Shown one piece after another: positions 19,012-29,140 of a stretch of DNA of 64,000 bases. Numbering within the stretch: the first letter of the stretch is position 1; every line of letters starts with the position of its first letter. The position numbers were made by a program, and so were the translations under genes. A model generated the notes under the pieces. It searched no databases and was not told where the DNA came from. It saw only the letters and a list, made by a program, of their open reading frames with translations. The stretch is taken from the NCBI GenBank assembly GCA_965219415.1, contig CBDCNP010000002.1:128001-192000 (forward strand), given 5' to 3'. This DNA comes from Candidatus Marinacidobacterales bacterium (lineage in GTDB: Bacteria; Acidobacteriota; Vicinamibacteria; Marinacidobacterales; DATDRI01).

Positions 19012-22000
19012 ATGAAACTCGAATCCGGTACCCGCTTCGGGGACTATGAAGTGATCTCGCCGATCGGCACCGGCGACATGGGCGAGGTCTATCGAGCTAA
19101 GGATCTCAAATTGGGTCGCGACGTCGCGGTCAAAGTACTGCGGCAGGAGTTCTCTTCAGATCGCGAGCGTTTGTCTCGCTTCGAACGGGAAGCGCGTTCG
19201 GCGTCGGCTCTCAACCATCCCAATATCATCACCATCTACGCCATCGGCGAGTGGGAATCCATTCCTTATATGGTCATGGAGTTCTTGGATGGCAAGACTT
19301 TGGGGGAACTGCTCTCGTCCGGCCCGCTGCCCACCCGACAGATGCTGCGCATTGCGCAACAGGTCGCCGATGGTCTCGCCAAGGCGCACGAGGCAGGAAT
19401 CGTTCACCGGGATCTGAAGCCTGAGAATCTCATGATCACCAGTGATGGATTCTTGAAGATCCTGGACTTCGGCCTCGCCAAACTGGTCCCCTCTTCCGCG
19501 GATCATTCCGAAAAGCCCCCTTGGACGGTCACGGCACTGCATCCGGTGTCATCCTCGGCACCGTCGGACACATGTCCCCCGAGCAGGCAAGCGGGCGCAC
19601 CGTGGATTTTCGATGCGATCAGTTTTCGTTTGGCGCCATCCTTTACGAGATGGCGACCGGAGCCAAGACCCTTTCTCCGGCCATCACCCATACAAACGCT
19701 CTCCGCCATCATCGAGAAGGATCCCGAACCGATCGCCGGTCTGAACCCCGGTCTGCCCGGCGACTTCGTGGCGATCGTCGAACGTCTTCTCTCCAAGGAC
19801 CCGGCGAAACGCTTCGACTCCACTCGGACCCTGGCAGCCTATCTGCAGCGGCTTCCCATCGACGACTTCGATTCCCCTCGCGCACAACGGCCTTCTCGAA
19901 AAACACAAGATTGCTCCCAATGCGGCGAAGAAAATCCGACCGATGACAGCTTCTGCGGTCGTTGCGGCTCACCGCTGGCCGAGAAGTGTCCTGGCTGTGG
20001 AACGCTGATCGAGGGCGACAAAAGCTTCTGTGGACATTGTGGCTATCGCCTCGCCCCCTCGTCACCGGCTCATCCACCTGCGACGCGGCCCGAATCTGCG
20101 CCCAAACTTCCCTCTGGTCCTTTGATTGACGGTGAGAGGAGGCAGGTCACGATCTTGTTCTCCAACCTAAGCGGCTATACCGCGATGGTCGAACGCCTCG
20201 ATCCGGAAGAGGTCGCACGTGCGATGGCTCGCATCAGGGAAACGGCAGAGCAAGTCGTTGAAGAATACGAGGGCGTGGTGAACCAGGTGGTTCGCGATGA
20301 GATCACCGCACTCTTCGGCATCCCGATAACGCATGAAGACGACTTCGTGCGCGCCGCCCGTGCTGCCCTCGAGCTCCATCGGTGCGTACGCGAGCTTGGC
20401 GGTGAACTGGAAGGGGTGATTGGACATCGGCTGCGGATGCATAGTGGCATCAACACCGGCCGCGTCCTCGCGCAACAGCTCGACTCCAAAGACGAGAAGT
20501 ACCGAATCGCCGGGGGTGCCGTCCAAGTGGCTGCGCGGCTCGTCGCGGAAGCGGAGGCGGACGAGATTCTGGTGAGCCCCGAGACACGCCGCCTCATCGC
20601 TCCATTCTTCGAAACCGAAGCAAGCCAGGAGCTCAGGATCAAGGGGAAAGACGCTCCGATCACACCCCATCGCGTGCTCCGGGAGTCTGGCTTTCCAGAG
20701 CAGGCTCGAGGCGGCCGAGAAATGGGGCCTTACCAAATACACCGCCCGGGAGACGGAGCTAGGCACCTTGGCTGAACGGCTTGAAAAAATTCTCGAAGGC
20801 GAAGGCCAATTCGTAACCGTGCTGGGTGAAGCCGGGGTCGGCAAGAGTCGGCTTCTCTATGAGTTTCGACGCAGCATGAAGGGCAAACCCGTCCGCGTCC
20901 TCCTGGGACGATGCCAATCATATGGGACCAGTGTGCCCTACCTACCGTTCATCGACGCCCTAAGGCTCGCACTCCATGTTACGGAGCAGGAGTCCCCCAC
21001 CCAGCTTTTGCACAATGCGATCTCGAATATCCGGGCCATTGATCCGCGTTTGGAGAGTTACATTCCGCTATACCTTCACCTGCTGTCGATCCAGAGCGAC
21101 GAGCACCCAATTCTGGATCATTTGCAAGGTGCCGAGCTCCGGCTAGCCTTCCTGGAAGCCCTCTCTGCCTTCTTCACGTTTAGCGCGGAGCGAGAGGCTC
21201 TGGCTATTTTTATGGAGGATTGGCAGTGGGCTGATGAGGCCTCCCAAGAAGCGCTCGGGCACCTGCTGGGAATGGGTGTCGGCCTATCCCCTCCTCCTGG
21301 TCGCCACCTACCGTTCGGATGCCTCGTTCGACTGGGGACACCTCGCTCATCACACGCAGCTTCATTTGCAACCACTGGAGACGGCGTCCGCGTCCAGCGT
21401 CGTCAAGTCGCTCCTCGGTGCCGACGACCTGCCGGCTGGATTGGAGGAGCTGATCCACGAACGAACGGCCGGCAATCCTTTCTTCATCGAGGAGATTTGC
21501 CATACGTTGCTCGAGGACGGGACGGTGCGGTTGGTCGAGGGTCGTGCGGTTATGGAGCGAGACGTCGACAACCTCGATCTCCCCGATACCGTCCAAGTGG
21601 TCATTCGCACCCGCTTGGATCGGCTCGATGGCGAAACGCAAGAAGCTCTTCGGAACGCATCGGTCATCGGTCGGGAGTTCAACCGTCGCATTCTAGAGCG
21701 CACACTCCCGGACCAAGGCAGGGTCTCGAAATCCCTCGAAGCCCTCAAGACGTTGGGCCTCATTCGCCAGATCCGTGTCCTGCCCGAGGCCACATACGAA
21801 TTCCATAATTCGTTGACCCAGGAGGTCGCCTACGAAAGCCTTCTGCTTCACCAAAGAAAGGCACTCCACCAAGCGGTGGGAGAGGCCCTAGAGGAGCTTT
21901 TCCCGGACCGCCCGGAGGAACAGGCGGACCGGCTCGCCTACCATTCAGCCGGGCCGAGAACTGGGAAAAGGCGGTGCACTACGGTCGGCTGTCCGCGGAC

Positions 22001-22650
22001 AGATCCACCAAGCTGAGCCAGTTCGCGGAAGCGCTCCGTGCTCTGGAAGACACCGTGAATTGGCTGCGGAAGTTTTCTGAGGGAGGTGAGCGGCTCTCCA
22101 CGTTGATCGACTTGACGCTCCAAAAGGAACGCGTGTGCGAGACCCTCGGAGCACGGGAGCAACAACAATCGATCATCGACGAGCTTCTCTCGCTCCTCGA
22201 GTCCGCGGGAGACAAACAACGGCTTGCCGACGTGTTGGTTCGGCAAGGAGAGCTGCGCGCGCGGTTGGGACGTTCCCAGGAGGCCGAGCAGTCCTTGGAG
22301 AGCTCTTTGACGATCGCGAAAGAGCTCTCCGATCCTCTCCGAGAGCGGAATGCCTTGCAGGCCATGGGCTTCTTGCACTGGTCGCGAGGAAACTACGACC
22401 AAGCCATCTCTCACAACAATGCGGTCCTCGAGATCGATCGCAAGCGATCCGACACCGAAAAGATCGCCCTCGACTTGACGAACCTGGGCGCGGTGCTCAG
22501 GAGTTCGGGCGACCATGAACGATCCATTTCTTATCTAGAAGAGGCCATCCAGATTTATGAGGCGGTGGATAATCCGGTCAGAAAGGCATACGCCCTAGCG
22601 ATCCTCGCCCAGACACATCGTGACCGGAGAGACAATGACACCGCCCTCGT
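19012..22650 (+). pseudogene. Ser/Thr kinase - double zinc ribbon - class III cyclase-like - STAND/AAA ATPase - TPR fusion; ~5 frameshifts, 3' truncated
   Basis: [25 protein letters not shown]; CxxC pairs; ERRQVTILF; GEAGVGKS; EDWQWAD; TAGNPFFIEE; TPR repeats ending abruptly at RDNDTAL (~22648). Frame changes near 19520, 19665, 20690, 21275 and 21945. Confidence 0.8.
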
Positions 22651-23420
22651 CGTAAAAGTTGAACCCCGGCGTAGAAGCTCTTGTACTCAACACGTCCCAG
22701 AAACGACTGGAAATTCAAGGGCTCAAATCGGCCGCCGGGAGACGTATGACGTCGACGTGTTGATTTCGGATCTGGGAGAGGATTGGAGCTATCTGGTCTC
22801 CGGACGCGTTTTCGGAACCGATGGGTACGTTCAAGTCGCTGAGGAAAAGCGAGGTGCGGTGGACGAGCCGGCCGGCGTTGAGCTCCAGCGTGTCTGAGAC
22901 GGCTGGACGCGTCGAGAGTTGGATGGTTCCACCCAGGGCAGAGCTGCCGTAAAGCTGGCTCGTAAGCACCGCGTGATACTTCTACCCCTCCTAGGGAAAG
23001 CCGGGGAAGACGATTCCAATAAATCCAGTTCCCGAAGGGGTCATTGAGCGGAACCCCATCCCAGAGAACCAGACTGCGGCTCGCTCCGCTGGGACCGATG
23101 CCGCGCAGGGACACTCCTTGGGTCGTCGGGTGCGCCACCAGGCTGCTCGATCTTCGAAAGAGACTGAAGCCTGGAACCCGTCGCAGGTGGTCATCGAGGA
23201 CGAGCGTCGGAGATTCGAGGAGATCTTCGTGGGGAGAAGGCCGTCACCATCGCGATCGCATCGCCGAGCGGCTGTTCAGTTCTTGCCGCGGTGACTACGA
23301 CGACTTCGTGGTATCCCTCGACCTCCTGCTCTTTCTCATCTTCGGGAACCGCCTGCACCGATGACTGGGCTAGCGATAGAAGAAGCAAAAGCGAGAGTAG
23401 AGACAACGCCGACAGCCTAT
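22645..23420 (-). pseudogene. TonB-dependent receptor fragment (signal peptide, plug, start of barrel), frameshifted, with an internal inversion
   Basis: EVVVVTAARTEQ, LRRVPGFSLFRRSSS..AHPTTQGVSLRGIGPSGASRSLVLWDGVPLNDPFG, VEVSRG..SQLYGSSALGGTIQL. Confidence 0.8.
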
Positions 23421-23422
23421 CA

Positions 23423-24028
23423 CTAGGACGGATCGAACGATTGACCCCAATTCCCCGAGAACACAAACTCCGTAATGGGGCGCCTCTTTCTAGGGGCGCG
23501 ATCGCGTTCGGCCAATTTTTCGTCGCCGGCGTCGGGCTTGCCCCGGTATCCGATAGCGATTCCCGTCATGACCTGGAAGTCGGCGGGGATGTTGTAGAAC
23601 TCCATCGCGCGCTCCGGCAGTATCCCTACCATCTGATGCACATACAGACCTCGTTTGGTCGCCTCGAACAAGAGGGTTCCTGACGCAAGGCCGAGGTCGT
23701 GTTGCGCGGAACTGTTGGGTTTGCCGTTGCGATCGAACAAAAGACTCACCACCCCGAGGGCTAGGACCGGTGCGTGCTTGGCCCACGCCTGATTCCCCTC
23801 CACCAGACAGGAGAGCAGACGCGCGAACTGTTCGGCATGCTCTTGGGTGGCCACGATGTACCGCCAGGGTTGCTCGTTGTAAGACGAGGGAGCCCACCTC
23901 GCTGCTTCGAACAATGCCTTCAGATCGTGGGCTGCGACCGGGCGTGAGTCGAAAACATAGGGACTCCACCGCTCGGCAATCAGATCGTCAATAGGGTAAT
24001 CAGGTTGTGCGCGCTTGATTTCTGTCAC
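23423..24028 (-). CDS. Nitroreductase family protein
   Basis: IAERWSPYVF, EAARWAPSSYNEQPWRY, HDLG, GLYVHQMVG; GGAGG RBS before GTG. Confidence 0.92.
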   Translation of the reverse strand: MTEIKRAQPDYPIDDLIAERWSPYVFDSRPVAAHDLKALFEAARWAPSSYNEQPWRYIVATQEHAEQFARLLSCLVEGNQAWAKHAPVLALGVVSLLFDRNGKPNSSAQHDLGLASGTLLFEATKRGLYVHQMVGILPERAMEFYNIPADFQVMTGIAIGYRGKPDAGDEKLAERDRAPRKRRPITEFVFSGNWGQSFDPS

Positions 24029-25451
24029 AATGCCTCCATTTACTTGCTACGGAGTCGTGGAGAATCACCGTATTCGAGCCTTCTCGGGCCTCGGACTCAT
24101 GATCGGCCTTTTCGAACGGGTCGCGGCGCAGGTTGAAGAGTCGCGGTACGCGCAACACGGTGAACGGTCGCACCCACACCTCGAAACCGTGGGCCTCCTG
24201 GATGCTAAACATCACCTTCCAGTCGTTGTAACGAAACGCAGACAGCGAGCCGTCGTCGGTGAAGTAGAAGAACTCCTCTCGAGGTCCCTTGGACGCTTGT
24301 CCGGTCATGTACGGGAGGAAATTGTAGCCGTCCAGGTGAACCTTGAAGGTCTTGCCTCCGGTGGTATGCCCCTTGAGCAGCTTCTCTTTGATGTCCGCGT
24401 CCCCTGCAGCTGCCACGAGGGTCGGCAGCCAATCCATCATGGCGATGATCTCGTTCGAGACGGAGCCCGCCTTAATTTTCCCAGGCCAACGAACCATCAT
24501 CGGAACGCGAAAGCCACCCTCCCAGGTGGTGTTCTTCTCGCCGCGGAAAGGAATCATACCACCATCGGGCCAGCTCATGACCTCGGCGCCGTTGTCGGTG
24601 GCGTACATGACGATCGTGTTTTCGGTAATCCCCAGCTCGTCGAGCTTGTCGAGTAGCTGGCCCACGTGGCCGTCGTGCTCGACCATGCCGTCGGCATAGA
24701 TGCCCTGCCCTGTCACACCCTCGGATTCGGCCTTGAGGTGTGTCCAGATGTGCATGCGCGTCGAGTTGAACCAAAGAAAAAAGGGTTTGTCCTGCTGATG
24801 CGTCTGATCCATGAAACCGAGCGCCGCGGTCAGAAACTCCCCATCGACCGTTTCCATCCGTCTCTTGGTCAGCGGGCCGGTGTCTTCGATACGTCCGTCG
24901 GCATAGCTGTGGATCACGCCCCGTGGACCGTACTTCTTGTGGAACTCGGGGTCCTTGGGATAGTCGGGAAGCTCCGGCTCCTCTTCGGCGTTCAGGTGGT
25001 AGAGGTTGCCGAAGAACCTCGTCGAAGCCGTGGTTGGTCGGCAAGTGCTCGTCCAGATCTCCGAGGTGGTTCTTGCCGAATTGGCCGGTGGCGTACCCCA
25101 TCGGCTTCAGCATCTCGGCGATGGTGGGATCCTCCGCCCGCAAGCCGAGATCGGCTCCGGGAAGACCGACCTTCAGCAGCCCAGTGCGGAAACCGCTTTG
25201 ACCGGTGATGAACGTGGCCCGCCCGGCAGTACAGCTATTCTCGCCGTAGGCGTCGGTGAAAATCATCCCCTCGTCCGCGATGCGGTCGATATTGGGCGTC
25301 TTGTAGCCCATGACGCCCATGTTGTAGGCGCTGATGTTGTACTGGCCGATGTCATCGCCCCAGATAATCAGGATATTGGGCTTGTCCTGAGCCATTGCGG
25401 TGGCCGACGTGAGGGCCATGGGAAATACGAGCACCAGCAGCGCTATGCTTC
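24000..25451 (-). pseudogene. Arylsulfatase; 5' end interrupted by ISL3, frameshift ~25020, C-terminus apparently truncated after ~24095
   Basis: [25 protein letters not shown] (formylglycine motif), [35 protein letters not shown], after which family similarity is lost. Confidence 0.85.
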
Positions 25452-26706
25452 GGCTAATCAATATAGGGTTTACGCGGATTCGTGTGGGTAAGTTCTGACG
25501 GAAAAACAGTGTAACTCATTGTGTGGAAAAGGTATCGAGTACTTCATCAGGTGCTGAAAAGTGGTCCATTTTTAGGATAGGCTAACCGAGTGAAAAATTC
25601 CCAGTCGATCCGCTCGCTGTTTGCGCTGCCAGGTTTCGTGGTTGGTGCCGGATTGAAGGGTCTATTCGGTGACCGATACGCCCGCGTCATCCAGCTCAAG
25701 AGGCGAAAAAAACAGCTGTGTGCTCTTACTGTGGGCAACGGTGCCGGGGGCGCTATGACAAGCAAGTGTGCCGGGTCCGCGACCTGTCGTTGGCAGGCTG
25801 GCGGATCTATCTGGAATACGAGCGTTGGCGCGTCAACTGTTCTGGGTGCGGCGGTGTGCATGTAGAACACCTAGACTGGCTGGCGAACAACTCGCGCTAC
25901 ACCCAGCGTTTTGCGACGCATGTGGGCAAGCTGTGCCGGGATATGCCGAACAAGGCGGTGGCCGAGATGGAACGTCTGCACCACGGTACGGTGAAGGCTC
26001 TGGATACACGCTCTACATGCAAGAGCAGGTCGACCGGGCGGGGCTACCGGCGCCTCGGGCCATCGGTGTCGATGAGATCTCCATCCGCAAGGGACATAAC
26101 TATCGCGTCATTGTCAGCGACCTGGAGCGGGCGCGTCCCATCTGGGTGGGCGGTGAGGGTCGCAAAGAAACCGACATCGATTTGTTCTTCAAGGCGCTGG
26201 GCGGAAAGAAAAGCGCCCGTATCAAGCTGGCCGCCATGGATATGTGGAAGCCCTTCCGGAACTCGGTGATTCACAACGCGCCTAATGCGCGGATCATCTT
26301 CGACAAGTTTCATATCATGCGTCATCTGTCAAAGGCCCTCGATGAGGTCCGGCGCGGTGAGTACAAACGCCTCAGCGGCAAGGACCGGTCGTACATCAAG
26401 GGGCAGCGTTACACTTTGCTTTCCCGGCGGGAGAACCTGAGCCTAGACGGTCGCCGCGCACTCAAAAAGTTGCTCCAGGCCAACCGGCGCCTGAACACCG
26501 CCTATATTTTGAAGGAGGCCTTCGGGCAACTCTGGGATTACCGCACCGAACGCGGCGCTCGCGCCTTTTTCACTCGTTGGAAAGACAGCCTCAAATGGCA
26601 ACGCCTGCATCCGTACCAGAAGTTCGCCGGTATGATTGAGTCCCATTGGGATGGTATCGCCTCCTACTGTCATCCGGAGAACAAAGTCAGTCTCGGCCTA
26701 GTTGAA
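25452..26706 (+). mobile_element. ISL3-family insertion sequence, 3' truncated
   Basis: Left end starts GGCTAATC; transposase has a zinc finger (CSYCG...RVRDL...CSGCG), IGVDE, MDMW, FDKFH; stops after KVSLGLVE, lacking the usual GLNNKI tail. Confidence 0.85.
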
Positions 26707-26733
26707 CGAGTTTTTTCAAACAGGGGATCGTAG
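25590..26733 (+). pseudogene. ISL3 transposase (A7 -1 slip site at 25706-25712; extra 2-nt shift ~26005; truncated)
   Basis: Three overlapping ORFs (25590, 25718, 25768) join into one DDE_Tnp_ISL3-like protein. Confidence 0.8.
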
Positions 26734-26854
26734 CCAGGTTCGTGGCCTCCCACAACCCGTAAAAATACGGGTTTCGGGGCGAGAAAATTCCCGACATCCC
26801 TAGTATGGCCGCCTCCAATTGCGCTATAACGGCGTTACCGGAGGTAGCAAAATC

Positions 26855-27484
26855 ATGTCGAAGCCCGTAATCGAAGCCACCCCCAACGGACCCTATGTCG
26901 TGAGCAATCCTCCTACCGTCAAGAACTCGAAAGGCGAGGAGATCTCGACCAAGCCGACTACAGCGTTTTGCCGCTGTGGGCGTTCGGAAAACAAGCCCTT
27001 TTGTGATGGCACCCACGCCAAAGTCGGCTTCGACGCCTCCAGGCAAACCGACGGCTCGGCGGACAAGCAAGACCACTACCAAGGCAGTGCCGTCACCATC
27101 AACGACAATAGGAGTGTCTGCGCTCACGCCGCGCGTTGTACCGCAGGATTGAAGACTGTCTTCAAGTACGGCGAAGAACCCTGGATCGATCCCAACGGTG
27201 CGGGCGCCGAAGAAATCAAGAAACAGGTCGAAAGCCGTCCCTCCGGCGCGCTGAGCTACACGATGGACGGCGCCGAGCATGACGATTTCGGAGGCGCGCC
27301 ATCCATCTATATCGCCCAAAACGGCCCTTATGCCGTCTCTGGAGGCGTGGAGCTAAAAGACTCGATGGGTGGCCAAACACCACAGTCGAGCGCGCACTAC
27401 ACGCTCTGTCGCTGTGGGGGGTCGAAGAACAAGCCGTTTTGTGACGGAACGCACTGGAAGGGATTCAAGGACGATAAGAACTAA
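26855..27484 (+). CDS. CDGSH iron-sulfur domain protein (two CDGSH domains flanking a divergent 4Fe-4S domain)
   Basis: FCRCGRSENKPFCDGTH and LCRCGGSKNKPFCDGTH; CAHAARC...RPSGAL; GGAGG RBS. Confidence 0.9.
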   Translation: MSKPVIEATPNGPYVVSNPPTVKNSKGEEISTKPTTAFCRCGRSENKPFCDGTHAKVGFDASRQTDGSADKQDHYQGSAVTINDNRSVCAHAARCTAGLKTVFKYGEEPWIDPNGAGAEEIKKQVESRPSGALSYTMDGAEHDDFGGAPSIYIAQNGPYAVSGGVELKDSMGGQTPQSSAHYTLCRCGGSKNKPFCDGTHWKGFKDDKN

Positions 27485-28600
27485 AGCAGCTCGACGCTGC
27501 GTGCGTAGAAACCTCGATCGAGCCGTCTCGTTCTGATCTCGGGGTCCTTCACGCGCAGCTCGATCCGATACCGACCGGGTGCTTGCGGCTTCCAGGTGTG
27601 GGACCAAAGCGTCCAGGTCCGGTTCTGCCGATGATCATAGGCGCCTACCGGAACGTACGGCGCGCCGAAAATACCGGACTTGAAGCGAATTTCCAACGCG
27701 TTGGTCGCTTCGTTTCCACCCCAGAGAATGCCGACGACCCGGTACTCGAGTCCGCCGTCGACTCGCCACTTCTCGACCCGAACCGGCAGGGCTGCTTGAT
27801 CCATCGCGGCCGGCTGAAAATCTCGCGCTAGCTCGGGCGTTCCATCTTGATGCGTACGGCTCGCGAACTCCTTCATCTGGCCGGTTGCCGGCTCCGACTC
27901 ATCCACCAATCGGATTTCGTCGACCCACTTGATGCAGGTACAACCGTACCAACCCGGCATGATGAGCCGCACCGGCTGACCATGGTGCTTGGGGAGAGGC
28001 GCGCCATTCATCCGAGTGGCCCAAAAGGCTCCCTGCGCTTCGAGCTCGGCGAACGTGAAGACCCAGCTGGCACCTTCTCGTGAGCCCCGATAGGGACTGG
28101 AATGACCATCGAATCCTGAGACCAAGACCCGCGTGGCCGCACCAGCGATTTCGAGACGCTCGAGTAGATTGGAGACACCGACTCCACTCCACTCCGCGGC
28201 ACTCATGAGGCTGAATTGGCGGTGCCTCCCGTTGCCAGAGCACTCGAGCAGATGCGCCCCCATCGGCTCTTCCTCGGCAAGAATGTCCTCGATCGAGACT
28301 CGGGCCGCTCGTTCCACCAAACCGCTCACCGCTATCTGCCATCGCGAGCTCTCGCGGAGCTGGTCTGGAAAAGCAGTACGAATGAAGAAGTTCTCATTCG
28401 AAGTGGTTAGGGTGTCTTCGGTCAGAGTGGAGAGGTCCAAGACCAATCGACCACCGAGGCCTGAGCCGTGAAGAGACCCCGGCGAGATCTCTCCTTCACC
28501 GACGAAGGGTACCGTCCCTAGGAGCCGTCCTCGAGCCAGGATCGGGGGAAAAGCTAGGAAGCTGGCCGCGGTCGACCTGAGACCTGCGGCGATGATGGCC
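27481..28600 (-). CDS. Molybdopterin-dependent oxidoreductase (sulfite oxidase family); start uncertain, N-terminus possibly damaged
   Basis: FFIRT, LLECSGN (Mo-binding Cys), MNGAPLPKHHGQPVRLIMPGWYGCTCIKW; the frame stays open upstream of 28446 without a clear start. Confidence 0.75.
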
Positions 28601-28621
28601 CACGCTTGGTGGCGAGCTGGG

Positions 28622-29140
28622 TCACTCGATACCGAGGGCTTCTCGAACGTGCGCTTCGAGTATCGGGGGAGTTCTTACCGGATGGAAACCCACATGGACA
28701 CTGTGGAAAGTGCCGTCGCGGTCGATGAGGAACGAGGTGGGCATGGAATACACTTGAAAGGCTTCGTCGACTTCGAACGTGCTCACCAGATTCGTGTAGC
28801 GGACTTTGTTCTCCCGCAAGAACTGTTTCACCTCGTCAAGCGGCGGCACGCGGTCATCAACGTGTAGTCCGACGACTGCGAATCCCTTTTTGCGGTACTT
28901 GGCTGCCAAGCCTTCGAGGAAGGGCAGCGACGACTTGCATGGTCCGCACCAAACGGCCCAGAAATCTAAGAGCACGACCGAGCCTTTGAAGTCTTTCAGG
29001 GATACTTTCTTGCCCTGAACGCTCTTCAACGTAAAGTCGGGCGCCGGTTGTCCGCGAAGGTCCTTCACCGAGTCGGCGGGACCTGAAACAAACAGCAGCG
29101 CCGCGGAAACGACCGCTATTGGCAGGGTGCGTCCAATCAA
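28622..29140 (-). CDS. TlpA/ResA-like thiol-disulfide oxidoreductase
   Basis: Signal/TM segment, APDFTL, LLDFWAVWCGPC, PTSFLIDRDG. Confidence 0.9.
   Translation of the reverse strand: MIGRTLPIAVVSAALLFVSGPADSVKDLRGQPAPDFTLKSVQGKKVSLKDFKGSVVLLDFWAVWCGPCKSSLPFLEGLAAKYRKKGFAVVGLHVDDRVPPLDEVKQFLRENKVRYTNLVSTFEVDEAFQVYSMPTSFLIDRDGTFHSVHVGFHPVRTPPILEAHVREALGIE

Noticed and set aside
21974-22897. ORF 21974-22897 as a genuine TPR protein with a novel C-terminal domain
   Set aside because: Its tail is read-through across a breakpoint into antisense and inverted TonB-receptor DNA.
26731-26735. TAGCC as the right inverted repeat of ISL3
   Set aside because: Only 5 bp match the left end, and the transposase C-terminus is missing, so the true right end is lost.
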